Below are positions 36,989 through 46,560 of a stretch of DNA of 64,000 bases, in pieces (the first letter of the stretch is position 1; the number at the start of each line of letters is the position of its first letter). The stretch is from the IMG/VR virus record IMGVR_UViG_3300037130_000236; one strand, written 5' to 3'. This stretch comes from a virus. The notes beneath the pieces were generated by a model that did no database searches, was not told the DNA's origin, and saw only the letters and a program-made list of their open reading frames with translations. Position numbers and translations under genes: made by a program.

Positions 36989-38043
36989 CAGGCCGCCCTC
37001 TGGAACTGCGTACGCCGGGCTGCTGCTTCCCGGACGATGTTGCAGATCTTGAGAACCGATGCCACTGTTGCGGACAGCACGAGGCCGCTGATCGGTGTAT
37101 CGTGGTCCGTCAGCTCATGAATGAACTGCGACAACAGATCCGCACGGACAGGCTGGCAGCCTTGATCGAGCAACAGATAGCGCAGGTGGGCAGTGAGCCT
37201 CACCCTGATCTCGTCGCCATCACGGGGCTCGGCGAGGGCGAGCTGTTTCCGGCAGATGTCCCAGTCTCCTCTGACCACCGCGGCGTTGAGCACCTTGATG
37301 TCAACCTTGCCGGAAAAGTCGGAGGACACGGCTGCAGCTTCGAGTGTGGCGCCATTGGACAGCCGTTCAACGGCCGACACGACATCGCCTGGTGCGAAGA
37401 TGCTCCGCTCAACCAGAAGCTGGGTCAGAGCAAGAACGGTCTGTTGATCGAAGCCGCCTTCCACCACAAACGGAGAGGCGTAATTGATCAACTGTTCAAT
37501 CTCTGAAGCACTGAGCCCATCCACAGTGAACTGGCAGCTCCCACAGCGTTTCTGAAGCGCCGGGATCAGCTTGGTTGGATCGGTCGTGCAGAAGATGAAG
37601 ATGTTGCAGGAGTCAGCCTGCTCAAGCGGCTTGAGCAGAATGTTCTGGGCGGCCGTCGTCATCTGCTGGCACTCGTCGAGGATGAACACCCGGTAGAAAC
37701 CGGCTCGCGGTGTCCAGCGCAGATCATTCAACAGATCGCGCATGTCCTCTGCCTTGCCGAAGGCCGCGGCGTTCATCTCATTGATCTCGAAGTCAGCATT
37801 CTCCAGGCAGGCGTCACAGGGTTCCCCGAACTCGCCGTGGGTACAGTTGACAGACATGGCCACAATCCTGGCCAGGGTGGTCTTGCCGCCGCGCGAAACC
37901 CCGACAAACTTCAGGGCGGTTGGAACCCGTCCGGCGGAGAACTGGTTCTTGAGTTGTTCGATGGTGTCGGTGTAACCGATCACCTCGCTGAAACGTCGCG
38001 GCCGCAGTGAGACGCTCAGGTTCCGTTCTTGTGTGTCAGGCAT
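36988..38043 (-). CDS. DnaX (gamma/tau)-like clamp loader subunit
   Basis: RPRRFSEVIG, GGKTTLAR, CGE..C Zn, ILDECQ, NILLKPLE, KRC. Confidence 0.9.
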   Translation of the reverse strand: MPDTQERNLSVSLRPRRFSEVIGYTDTIEQLKNQFSAGRVPTALKFVGVSRGGKTTLARIVAMSVNCTHGEFGEPCDACLENADFEINEMNAAAFGKAEDMRDLLNDLRWTPRAGFYRVFILDECQQMTTAAQNILLKPLEQADSCNIFIFCTTDPTKLIPALQKRCGSCQFTVDGLSASEIEQLINYASPFVVEGGFDQQTVLALTQLLVERSIFAPGDVVSAVERLSNGATLEAAAVSSDFSGKVDIKVLNAAVVRGDWDICRKQLALAEPRDGDEIRVRLTAHLRYLLLDQGCQPVRADLLSQFIHELTDHDTPISGLVLSATVASVLKICNIVREAAARRTQFQRAA

Positions 38044-38088
38044 GCTTACCCTTCCGTTGTTTGAGACCCTTGACGATCTCGTGGAGGC

Positions 38089-38358
38089 TCATAGCTCGAT
38101 CTCATAGTCGGCGCCCATCGAAACCAGGGAACCTTCTGACCATCTCTTCTGAAGGTCTTCAAAGCTGCTGAACTCAGGCTCGGAGAATGGATAGATCAGC
38201 TCGCCTCCGCCACCTTCCTTTTCGATCACGCCTGCTTTCTCAAGCGCATAGAGAAAGGCACTGACCCGCGTGAACTCTTCGAGTTCAAGTTCGACATCAT
38301 CCAGGTACACCTGGTTGTTGTCCGAGTAGATGAACTCAATGCTGTACTTCATCTTCAT
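38089..38358 (-). CDS. Acidic hypothetical protein
   Basis: 89 aa, ATGA coupling. Confidence 0.6.
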   Translation of the reverse strand: MKMKYSIEFIYSDNNQVYLDDVELELEEFTRVSAFLYALEKAGVIEKEGGGGELIYPFSEPEFSSFEDLQKRWSEGSLVSMGADYEIEL

Positions 38359-39428
38359 GACTTGTCCTCCCGCAGCCGGCGGAACTTGCCCATGCGAAGC
38401 GCCGCGCCATCCTTGGTCAGGTTCTGGTAATAGATCTCGGCCACCAGGCCGACCAGCTCGCCCCGAAGGTGCTGTTTCCAGAGCCGGTCACGGTCCAGGT
38501 CGGAAACCTTCTTGCCCATGCCGACTTCGCATTCGATCATCTGTCCGCCGGGAACACTGTCGCTGTCCCGATCCGGTGAGATGTTACCGTCATCACAGAG
38601 ATAGCCTCTGACCATCAGGTTGCCCAGGATGCCGGCGTGCTTGCCGCGGCCTTCCATGGCGCCGATGATCTCCATATCGCCGTCGATGAACGGCTTCCAC
38701 TTGAGCCAGACACCAGACTTCCGGAACTGGTATATGCCATCGACATCCTTGAGAACGATGCCTTCGTAACCCTGTTCCAGATACAGGTCTGTCCAGTGCT
38801 TGATGGCTTCCGGGTTGTTCGGCGCCCGGTAGGCAACGACCTTGATGATCTGCAAGTGATCGATGGCATCGGTCGCACAGTCCAGGGAGATCTTCCGGCT
38901 CTCTTGTGTTCGAGTGCAGGTCTTGCTTTCGAACTCAGATGTCAGAATCGTGTCCCAGACATGGAAGTCAATGGCCAGACTGCGCTCATCGAAGTCATGC
39001 CGGCGAAGCAGGCCACTGGTGACATCAAATGCCTCAGGCTGGTCGATCCCATGGATCAGGAACTCACCATCGAAGGTGCGATTGTCAACCAAAGCTGGAT
39101 AGAGGACGGCACTCTCTTCAAAGATCTTCAGGATGTGCCCGACGTTGTAGTGCGGCAATCCTGTCGAGCTGTAGGCAATCGCCTTCCCGTCCTTGACCAC
39201 CACAATGCCACGGATACCATCCAGTTTGGGTTCGAGGTAAACCTCCCGGAACTTGGGCGGCTTCTTCGGGTCGTAAACCTTGCACAGCTGGATGCCCTCG
39301 CGCTTGCGGCGGACAACCACCGGGCCTTGAACAGTGATGATCTCGACTACCTGCTCGCCAGGCTCAAGCTCATCCCAAAGAAATGGGCTCATCGTTGTTT
39401 CCTTCGCTGTAACTGTTTCGGTGGCCAA
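38355..39428 (-). CDS. ATP-dependent DNA ligase
   Basis: EPKLDGIR, FDGEF, FHVWD, YEGIVLK, WLKWK, OB-fold, RLREDK. Confidence 0.9.
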   Translation of the reverse strand: MATETVTAKETTMSPFLWDELEPGEQVVEIITVQGPVVVRRKREGIQLCKVYDPKKPPKFREVYLEPKLDGIRGIVVVKDGKAIAYSSTGLPHYNVGHILKIFEESAVLYPALVDNRTFDGEFLIHGIDQPEAFDVTSGLLRRHDFDERSLAIDFHVWDTILTSEFESKTCTRTQESRKISLDCATDAIDHLQIIKVVAYRAPNNPEAIKHWTDLYLEQGYEGIVLKDVDGIYQFRKSGVWLKWKPFIDGDMEIIGAMEGRGKHAGILGNLMVRGYLCDDGNISPDRDSDSVPGGQMIECEVGMGKKVSDLDRDRLWKQHLRGELVGLVAEIYYQNLTKDGAALRMGKFRRLREDKS

Positions 39429-39607
39429 TCAGAAGGCAGCTTGAACTTGTGCTTTGGCCAGTCGATCCAGGGCACAAGAACACATGTCGTTTGCACCCAG
39501 GAACTGTGTAGCCGCCGCCGTGGGCGCTTGCAGATAGGCTGGCCATCGAACTCGTTCCAATAGGCCCAGAACGTACGCCAGAAATGAATCGGGTTGTAGA
39601 TGCGCAT
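39389..39607 (-). CDS. Small Trp-rich hypothetical protein
   Basis: Start MRIYNP at 39607 with AGGAG SD. Confidence 0.5.
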   Translation of the reverse strand: MRIYNPIHFWRTFWAYWNEFDGQPICKRPRRRLHSSWVQTTCVLVPWIDWPKHKFKLPSDWPPKQLQRRKQR

Positions 39608-39614
39608 GGTTCTC

Positions 39615-39865
39615 CTGGTTCTTGAAATGCAACGGGTCGGATTGGTTGCCGACTTGATTCGGTATGACCGGGATAGAACCGGGAACACCCGGCCTCTGTG
39701 GATTGCCGAAAAGCCCTCGACGCCCTTGTCGCCGTACAAGCGGGATTGGTTACCCCTGGGCATGGCCGCACAGTTTCTGCCTGTCACCAGGCAGGGGCCA
39801 CATACAATATCGAATCGCTCCCTAGTAAAGCCGCGGTCCTACACCGCGAGCCGTTGCAAACTTAT
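39615..39865 (-). ncRNA. Candidate structured RNA
   Basis: Gap of about 260 nt with several hairpins, one a 7-bp stem with GUGA loop, and a repeated AACCAAUCC element. Confidence 0.3.
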
Positions 39866-39870
39866 GTTGT

Positions 39871-40596
39871 TCAGATCAATCCGAGTCCCAGCTCTTCGCG
39901 CCGTGCGCGCGCGGCGCGCGCCAGCTCGGCGATCTTGGTCTGTTCCAGAAACTCGCGCCGGAAGTAGTCGAGTGCCCGCTCGACGATTGCATTCTTATCA
40001 GGGGAGGGCTTCTTGATCACCCAGACCGGATCGACCATGCAGAAGATCGGAATGCCTGGCAGCAACGAGCTCTCAAACCACTGGGTGTCGTGCGTCTTGG
40101 CCTTCGGCTTGTCGTTAGCTTCTTCGCCGAAGCCAAGCATGGCCCCGGCGGCCGTCCAACCGAGAATCATCACAGCTTCCAGATTGGGCATGGCACGGAT
40201 TACACGGAGGCATCTGGGACCGAAGCAGGCTGAGATCTCGGACTTGTCCGGCTCTCGCTGCTGTTTCTCATCGCCCTTCCGTTCCAGCGGAGGCTGGCAT
40301 TGCACCATACTGGTGATGAACACGTCTTTGGTTGTGTCCAGTTTGAGGAGCCTCATCCATTTCTCGAAGGCTTTTCCGTGGGCTCCGACCATCGAAACTC
40401 CACGTTCAGTTTCCGCGTCCCGTGGAGCCTCATACACCACGGCAATCCGAGCGTTGGGATCGCCGCGGTAAATGAAGCCACGGTTGTAAGGATGGATCAG
40501 ACTGAGCCGGCAGCCGTCACAAGGAACACAAAGCGCCTTGATGACGTCGCTTATCTTCTCCTGCTGAACTTCAAGCCCATCGAAGAGTGTAAACAT
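39871..40596 (-). CDS. Uracil-DNA glycosylase family 4/5-like
   Basis: CDGCRL, VVYEAP, FITSMVQCQP, conserved C (Fe-S ligands), ILG..A. Confidence 0.8.
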   Translation of the reverse strand: MFTLFDGLEVQQEKISDVIKALCVPCDGCRLSLIHPYNRGFIYRGDPNARIAVVYEAPRDAETERGVSMVGAHGKAFEKWMRLLKLDTTKDVFITSMVQCQPPLERKGDEKQQREPDKSEISACFGPRCLRVIRAMPNLEAVMILGWTAAGAMLGFGEEANDKPKAKTHDTQWFESSLLPGIPIFCMVDPVWVIKKPSPDKNAIVERALDYFRREFLEQTKIAELARAARARREELGLGLI

Positions 40597-40597
40597 G

Positions 40598-40762
40598 TCA
40601 GCGATTGAACCTCTTGCCGATCGTTTCTCCAGCCGCCTGGAAGATGCTGTTACGGTAGGAAGACCGGGCGCCCATCATTACGACGCCCACAAAGGTCACA
40701 CCCACCAGGAGCCAGAAGGTCTTCGTGAACAGTCTGGCAACAACAAAAGCCAGGATGTCCAC
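40598..40762 (-). CDS. Small membrane protein
   Basis: 54-aa ORF not in track, hydrophobic FWLLVGVTFVGVVMMG. Confidence 0.45.
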   Translation of the reverse strand: MDILAFVVARLFTKTFWLLVGVTFVGVVMMGARSSYRNSIFQAAGETIGKRFNR

Positions 40763-40764
40763 GG

Positions 40765-41964
40765 CTAGGGCCTCACCGGCATGATCGCGTAGGTCGCGTC
40801 GATCCCATCGTTCGCGTCATCCACGATCAACGCCTTGGCCGCCTTCGCCTTCACGTTGTAGTCACTCACTCCGAAGCGGAGCTTCTCGAGGTTGGAACCG
40901 CTGGCCACGTTTTTCACATACGGGAGGTTGGTGGTGATCGAGATGTTGAGATCCGCCGGCATTCCCTCTTCCCGCTCAATCGGAAGCTCGTCTGTGATGT
41001 CGGCATTCTTGCCCTTGGTGATGACACGAATGACGTCACCGACAACCTGGAGCTTCACCAGCAACAGCTCATCGAAAGCCGGCGCGCGTTCGAGCACCTG
41101 CTTGAGCTGTTCCCGGTCGATCTTGAACCAGAAGTCCGGGGCGTGAGTCCGAAGAACACTCACGATGGCCGGGAAGGTTCCGAGCAGTAGCCTGGTGCCG
41201 AAGAAGGTGTTGTCGCCGATCTTGAAGAACAGCTTGACGACATCGTTACGGCCATTCTTCGGGCCTTCGATGACCTTCACACCGTCTTCCTTCTTGACCA
41301 GCTTGGCCAGGGCAGGCAGCGCCAGACGCGGGAGCAGGATGCTCTCCATCTTCTGCGGGCCTTTCTCGCCCTTGATGATGATCCGCGCGCAAGCGTGGCC
41401 GTCCGTCGCCTGCGCTTCAAAGCCCTCATCGCCGCATAGCAGGCGCATGCCGCCTAGCTCGAACTGCTGAGTGCCTTCGTTCTCGTTGGGGATGCAGAAC
41501 GAAACCCGGCGTACGAACTCGGACAAAGCCTGCCCCTTCATGGTGTAGGCTTCGGGCTGCCGGAAAGGAATCTCCTGCATCCGCTTGGCCATTTCATCCA
41601 TGCCGGTCGGATTGTCGCTCAGATGGAAGACGCTCTTGCCGATCTTCACCTGGATCTTGGTCGGCTGATCCTTCTTCTCGATGCGCGAGACGTCGGCAAT
41701 ATCATCCGGGTCGCGGTGAAGCAGGCCGGCACGAAGCTGCCCTGGGTCGAGTAAGGCTTGACCAGGCAATTCGACCGTGGCTGAATGCTTGATGACAGTC
41801 TCGGCTTTGTGCATGGTGGTGTACAACAGAACGGCTGCTTCGGTCTCAGTCTTAAATGCCCTGACCAGGATTCCGCCGGAGCCTTCCGTGCTCTTCTTGT
41901 CAATCGTGAAGGAGACGTCGTTCACTGCTGCGAGCAGGTCTCCGACCTTGATCTGGAATTTCAT
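40765..41964 (-). CDS. dnaN: Beta sliding clamp
   Basis: 399 aa three-domain size; ATDGH motif, TRLLLGTFP; near DnaX-like gene. Confidence 0.85.
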   Translation of the reverse strand: MKFQIKVGDLLAAVNDVSFTIDKKSTEGSGGILVRAFKTETEAAVLLYTTMHKAETVIKHSATVELPGQALLDPGQLRAGLLHRDPDDIADVSRIEKKDQPTKIQVKIGKSVFHLSDNPTGMDEMAKRMQEIPFRQPEAYTMKGQALSEFVRRVSFCIPNENEGTQQFELGGMRLLCGDEGFEAQATDGHACARIIIKGEKGPQKMESILLPRLALPALAKLVKKEDGVKVIEGPKNGRNDVVKLFFKIGDNTFFGTRLLLGTFPAIVSVLRTHAPDFWFKIDREQLKQVLERAPAFDELLLVKLQVVGDVIRVITKGKNADITDELPIEREEGMPADLNISITTNLPYVKNVASGSNLEKLRFGVSDYNVKAKAAKALIVDDANDGIDATYAIMPVRP

Positions 41965-42014
41965 GTGCTGGTTCTCCGTGAGAAATGCAAGGCGGGATCG
42001 CTCCCGCCTTTGGG

Positions 42015-42941
42015 TTAGGCTGCCTGCTGTTCCTGCAGTCGGCTCTGAGCCTCCGGACTGGTCGCGGCATTACGTCGCGCCTTGGAGCATTTCGGACAGA
42101 CACCAACTCCGTACTGGGCCATGCCCCGTAGGTAGATGTCCCAGGCGTGCATAGACTGGGTGATGTTGTCCTTGTCCGTGTACTGGATGGTCACGATCTG
42201 CTCACCGCAATCGTTGCAGTAGTTGATCGGGTAGGCCCATTCGGGGATCTGGGGCTGCTGTTTCCATTGCCCGGTCTTCGGGTCATAGGGATAGCTCAGC
42301 TTTCCGAAGGAATAGAAGTAGATCCCAGGACCCCACTTGGACATGGCGCGCTTGTAAGCCTGCGCTTCTGCCGAGGTGATCCAGTTCTCGTCCGCTGTGT
42401 CCTTGGCGCCGCTCGAATCCTGCCAGACCCATCCCAGAAGCGGTCCCATCCAGATGCCGACCCGGACGATCGCACCCACCTTGTGGGCACTGATCTCCGA
42501 CTGCGGCGAGATGACTTCCTTGGTTTTGTAATCGAGTTTGGCCTTGATGATCTTGGTGAACGGCGCGATGTCCACCCGGGTCACTTCGGACTGCCAGAAG
42601 CCATAGCCGATGACTTCGTTCATTCGTGCGGTATAGACCCGCGAGTCGGCATAGGCTGCCGCGGTTGCGGTCTTGGCCGTGTAATCGATCGTCTGGGGAA
42701 GGAATGACACATCGTCGGGATGAAATGGCGCCTTCAGCAGGTCGATGGTTTTGGCCCAGTCCTGCAGGTAAAGCGGAAGAGCCCGCTCGTCTTGACCGCC
42801 GCCGCGCATGAGCCTGTCGATGTCTGTCAGAATATGAGGTTCAGCGACAGCTTCAGGTTCCTGCGCCTCGACAGCAGAGGGAACTTCAGCAGTGGAAGCA
42901 GCCGCAACCAGTGCGGGTGCATTGTTCTTTCTCGGTGGCAT
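42015..42941 (-). CDS. Rad52/Rad22-family (Sak-like) ssDNA annealing protein
   Basis: LKAPF..DDV, AYADSR...RMNEVIG, AEAQAYKRA..KWG.G.YFY; C-terminal CxxC...CPKC. Confidence 0.85.
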   Translation of the reverse strand: MPPRKNNAPALVAAASTAEVPSAVEAQEPEAVAEPHILTDIDRLMRGGGQDERALPLYLQDWAKTIDLLKAPFHPDDVSFLPQTIDYTAKTATAAAYADSRVYTARMNEVIGYGFWQSEVTRVDIAPFTKIIKAKLDYKTKEVISPQSEISAHKVGAIVRVGIWMGPLLGWVWQDSSGAKDTADENWITSAEAQAYKRAMSKWGPGIYFYSFGKLSYPYDPKTGQWKQQPQIPEWAYPINYCNDCGEQIVTIQYTDKDNITQSMHAWDIYLRGMAQYGVGVCPKCSKARRNAATSPEAQSRLQEQQAA

Positions 42942-42943
42942 GA

Positions 42944-43111
42944 TTATTCCTCGAACCAATTGAAATGGAACCGTTGGCCGCCGCTCGGAATGTGTTTGGC
43001 CGGAGCCCCACATTTCGGACAGGGTTTCTGCTCAGTGCCCATCGGCACCAGCTCTTCAAACTGATGCCCACACTTCTTCTCGTCGGGGCATTTGAATTCG
43101 TACAGTGGCAT
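42944..43111 (-). CDS. FmdB-like zinc ribbon protein
   Basis: MPLYEFKC....CGHQFE...CPKCG. Confidence 0.8.
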   Translation of the reverse strand: MPLYEFKCPDEKKCGHQFEELVPMGTEQKPCPKCGAPAKHIPSGGQRFHFNWFEE

Positions 43112-43436
43112 TTGAACAACTCCTCGGTGGAACGGTGCGGTTGATGATCGGGCTAACGACCGCTTTGAACTTGCGGCAGAAAGGGGCCTGCCGTCTGTGA
43201 ATTTCTTCCAGCTCGGCACGGCCACCCTCACCCAGGCGGAAACCGTATGGGCCCCGCTCGATATACAACTCGTTCAGCGAGTTGAGCATCTGGTGAAAGT
43301 GGTCAAGGCCATTTCCCAGTTGCAGGCCGTGTCGTTTGTTCATCACGGAACAAACTAACAGTAAGTTCGCTTCCGTCATACAATTGTTGGGAGCCATCTC
43401 AATCAGCAACAGGACCATACGTTCCACGAGTACCAT
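43056..43436 (-). CDS. Hypothetical protein (possible wHTH)
   Basis: TAATG-coupled start at 43436. Confidence 0.5.
   Translation of the reverse strand: MVLVERMVLLLIEMAPNNCMTEANLLLVCSVMNKRHGLQLGNGLDHFHQMLNSLNELYIERGPYGFRLGEGGRAELEEIHRRQAPFCRKFKAVVSPIINRTVPPRSCSNATVRIQMPRREEVWASV
43355..43365. promoter_or_regulatory. Candidate operator CTAAC-N-GTTAG (1 mismatch, intragenic)
   Basis: ACTAACAGTAAG is identical over 12 nt to the 15355 site. Confidence 0.35.
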
Positions 43437-43786
43437 TACGTGATTACCTCCACCATAGGTGAACCGTCGGGGCTTCCAAAGACCCGGTAGCTGGTGCCCC
43501 ATTGCGGGGCGCCGATTTGTTCTTTGACTCGCTCAAGTGCGCGGGCCGCGGCTTGGCACATCTTCTCCAGCAGTTCGCCACGAAACACCGGAACCATGGT
43601 CTTGCGACCGGCTTCGATGATCTCTACGTGCGGAACCGTCCAAAAGGTTCCGCTCTCGCAGCGACGGTAATGAATGCAGGTAATGGCATTCTCATCACCC
43701 GGTCCAAAGCAAAAGGAGACCGTGGCTCTGATGCCACTGCTGTCCGAGTCCTTGCGCTCGGGAACAGTGACGATTGCATGAGTCAT
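43436..43786 (-). CDS. Possible SpoVG-like nucleic-acid-binding protein
   Basis: RATVSF...I.YR..ESG.FWTVP...VF...LLEKM..AA loosely matches SpoVG layout. Confidence 0.35.
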   Translation of the reverse strand: MTHAIVTVPERKDSDSSGIRATVSFCFGPGDENAITCIHYRRCESGTFWTVPHVEIIEAGRKTMVPVFRGELLEKMCQAAARALERVKEQIGAPQWGTSYRVFGSPDGSPMVEVIT

Positions 43787-43812
43787 TCCTGTGAGAAAGC
43801 GTGTCATAGAAA

Positions 43813-46152
43813 CTAAGCAGCCGCCGGCAACTCGACTGCCTTGACCTCCTTGCGAATACGTTGGACAAGGAAGGTATTCCGGCAGTTGACGTTGCACTGC
43901 TCCACTGCCCGCTTGACCGCGGCCCAGGACGCGAGGAAGACGATCATCTTCCTGGCCCTGGTGTTCGCTGTGTAGAGAAGGTTTCGCTCAAGCATCGGAT
44001 AGTGGTGCATCGTCATGAGGAGAATTACAATTTCAAACTCGCTGCCCTGGCTCTTGTGAGTCGTGGCCGCGTAAGAGAGCGACAGGTTGTCCGTCTCCTT
44101 GAAGGGATAACGAACCAATCGGCCGTAGAAATCGATCAGGATCTCTTTATGGGTTTCATCGAATTCCTTGATGAACCCGATGTCGCCGTTCGAGATCTCC
44201 ATGCCCTGCTGGTAGTTGTTAGCCAGTTGCATCACACGGTCACCGGTCCGAAACTTGTGACCTTTGACAGCTACTTCCTTGCCGTTGGGATTCAGTGTTT
44301 CCTGGAGAACCTTGTTGAACTCAATCGAACCTGCTGGGCCGATTCGCATCGGCGTCAGGATCTGAATGTCCCTGATAGGATCGACGGCGTGCTTGGCAAC
44401 GATCCGTTGAATGACCGGAGGCAGCTTCGCTTTGATCCACTCCAGATCGTCCTTGCCCTCCGGTCCCTTGGGAACTTCCATGAAGTAGGAGTCGGCTTCA
44501 ATGCCTTGCCCCTTCTTCACGTCCGGAAAGATCGGCGTCTGTCCGGTCCTGATCTTGTAGGCATTGCGGATGATCAGCGAGTTCTCAGCCTGACGGAAGA
44601 TGGTCTCCAGTTTGGTGACCTGGATCTTCTCGCAGTTGATCATGTCGCGGAGGACCATCCCGGGCCCAACCGAAGGGAGCTGGTCCACGTCACCCACAAA
44701 TACCACTGAACAGGAGTCAGGTACGGCGTCCATCAGGGAATCGGCGAGCTGGAGATCCAGCATCGAAGCTTCATCGCAGATCAGCAGGCTGCAATTGAGC
44801 GGGTTCTTCTTGTTGCGCTGGAAGTCATTGTCCTCATAGCTCCACTCCAGCAGTTTGTGGACCGTCTGCGCTTCCTGACCGGTGACTTCAGCCATGCGCT
44901 TGGCAGCGCGGCCAGTAGGCGCGCACAGCTCGACGTTGAGACCCAGCCGGGCTGCCGTGCGCAAAAGCATCTTGAGGGTGGTTGTCTTGCCAGTGCCGGG
45001 ACCGCCGGTCAGGATCGACAGGTTGTTCCGAAGAGCTGCAATGACCGCCTGACGCTGTTGTTCGTTCGGCTCTTGGCCCAGGTCCTTCTCGACACGTTCC
45101 AGTGTCTCCTCGATGCCGCGAGGCGCAATATGCGGAAAGCTCTGCAGCTCTCCGATCCGTCGAGCCAGTCTAGTTTCTGCATCGTAATAAACAGACAGAT
45201 AGTAGAAAGTCATCGCAATGCCGTTCAGCTTAACTGGCTGGCGAATAAGATGCTTGGGGCCTGGATCGCTGGCGAGAGACGACATCTTGATGACAGCTTG
45301 CTCTGCGACCTCCATCGGAAGCTGTTCGTTTGGGTTGAGAGTGCCTTTTCTACTACTGGCTACCTTTCGAACTGTACCCACGAGCTCATCCTGTGTAAGG
45401 AAGCAATGGCCATTGCTGGTTGCTTCTGAGACCACATGCGTAACAGCGCCTTCAGTCCGTTCCGAGCAGCGTTCCGGCCAGCCCATACGGGCAGCCATCT
45501 CGTCTGCCTTTTTGAAACCGATCCCACTCAGCTTCATGGAGCGGTAGGGATTTTTCTCCAGGATTGTAATGGCGTCCTTGCCGAACGCGGCGAGGAACTT
45601 CTTGCCCCAGGCGCTTGGGATGTCAAAGCGGGCCAGCCACAATTCCAGTTGGCGGAGCACGGGGTCATGTTGGCTACGCCAGGACGCCACGATCTTGTCG
45701 GCCTTATCAGCTCCGATTCCGGCGCACTCGGTGAGGCGTTCGGGAGAGTTGTCAAGGATGTTGATGATCGCGACACCGAACTTCGACATCAAGGCAGCGG
45801 CCGTTTTCTTGCCGATGCTCTTGACGTGATGCTCCAGGTACTTCTGAATGCCCCGGATGGTATCGGGAATGACTCTTACCGCCTGCTCGGCTTCAAACGT
45901 CGGCCCGTACTTCGAATCGTCGACCATCTTGCCGTGGAACTCGAACAGATCATCCGGATCCCAGTCGGGGAATGAATTGCATTTGACGGCCAGATCCTTC
46001 TGCCCCGGTTCAACCGGATGCACGGTCAGGATCCGAAAGGTACAACTTTCCTCAGGCTCGCTGCCTTCGGTTGTGGTCTCGGGTGGTTTGTCCATGACAC
46101 GCGGATACCGCTGCCACAGAACCTGACCCCTGAAATGCTGTTGCTCGTCCAC
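43813..46152 (-). CDS. recD2: RecD2-like SF1B helicase
   Basis: HhH repeats, GGPGTGKTT, APTGRAAKR, DEASM, GDVDQLPSVG, THKSQGSE. Confidence 0.95.
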   Translation of the reverse strand: MDEQQHFRGQVLWQRYPRVMDKPPETTTEGSEPEESCTFRILTVHPVEPGQKDLAVKCNSFPDWDPDDLFEFHGKMVDDSKYGPTFEAEQAVRVIPDTIRGIQKYLEHHVKSIGKKTAAALMSKFGVAIINILDNSPERLTECAGIGADKADKIVASWRSQHDPVLRQLELWLARFDIPSAWGKKFLAAFGKDAITILEKNPYRSMKLSGIGFKKADEMAARMGWPERCSERTEGAVTHVVSEATSNGHCFLTQDELVGTVRKVASSRKGTLNPNEQLPMEVAEQAVIKMSSLASDPGPKHLIRQPVKLNGIAMTFYYLSVYYDAETRLARRIGELQSFPHIAPRGIEETLERVEKDLGQEPNEQQRQAVIAALRNNLSILTGGPGTGKTTTLKMLLRTAARLGLNVELCAPTGRAAKRMAEVTGQEAQTVHKLLEWSYEDNDFQRNKKNPLNCSLLICDEASMLDLQLADSLMDAVPDSCSVVFVGDVDQLPSVGPGMVLRDMINCEKIQVTKLETIFRQAENSLIIRNAYKIRTGQTPIFPDVKKGQGIEADSYFMEVPKGPEGKDDLEWIKAKLPPVIQRIVAKHAVDPIRDIQILTPMRIGPAGSIEFNKVLQETLNPNGKEVAVKGHKFRTGDRVMQLANNYQQGMEISNGDIGFIKEFDETHKEILIDFYGRLVRYPFKETDNLSLSYAATTHKSQGSEFEIVILLMTMHHYPMLERNLLYTANTRARKMIVFLASWAAVKRAVEQCNVNCRNTFLVQRIRKEVKAVELPAAA

Positions 46153-46160
46153 AAATCCAC

Positions 46161-46171
46161 CTAACTGTTAG
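46161..46171. promoter_or_regulatory. Candidate operator CTAAC-N-GTTAG (perfect)
   Basis: CTAACTGTTAG 9 bp upstream of recD2 GTG. Confidence 0.55.
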
Positions 46172-46198
46172 TCTGCCATTTCTGGGCCTGGCATTGAT

Positions 46199-46215
46199 AT
46201 AGAAGGAAACCCCTA
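46199..46215 (-). promoter_or_regulatory. Candidate directional motif upstream of recD2
   Basis: Minus strand TAGGGGTTTCCTTCTAT. Confidence 0.45.
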
Positions 46216-46560
46216 GAAGCAAAGCTCTTCGGGGAGAGGAACCCATCCAGTGAACTGTGGTGACACCAGTTCCTCCAGGAGCGGCGGCATCGGCTCTGGT
46301 GCAAAGGCCAGCGCCAATTGAACCGGTCGCCGGCATGGGAGTGGTTGAATCCCAACGAGGTTGTCCTCGGTAAGGTTCTCGGCGCCGCGCAGGTATTCCC
46401 AACGCTTTGCGAGGAGCCCCAGGAAGCCCAGGTGACAGGGCTTCAACAGAACGTTCCCGGAAACAACTGCTTGAGAAGAACAGTCGGCATCGATATTGAA
46501 CAGGAACTCGAGGCCCGTTGGTTCTTTCCTGCCCAACCGGAATGTGTAGCGGCTTCTCAT
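46213..46560 (-). CDS. Hypothetical protein
   Basis: ATGA-coupled start MRSRYT at 46560. Confidence 0.55.
   Translation of the reverse strand: MRSRYTFRLGRKEPTGLEFLFNIDADCSSQAVVSGNVLLKPCHLGFLGLLAKRWEYLRGAENLTEDNLVGIQPLPCRRPVQLALAFAPEPMPPLLEELVSPQFTGWVPLPEELCF

Noticed and set aside
39608-39870. Known riboswitch (cobalamin, SAM, c-di-GMP) or self-cleaving ribozyme
   Set aside because: None of the consensus cores could be recognised by eye; kept only as an unassigned candidate RNA.
2921-45975. Long plus-strand ORFs (e.g. 2921-4489, 9328-11688, 13973-15160, 17792-19138, 31822-33783)
   Set aside because: Antisense shadows of well-supported minus-strand genes in high-GC DNA; no recognisable motifs.
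46161-46355. 64-aa minus-strand ORF before recD2
   Set aside because: Overlaps the better-supported 46213-46560 ORF and covers the intergenic motif sites.
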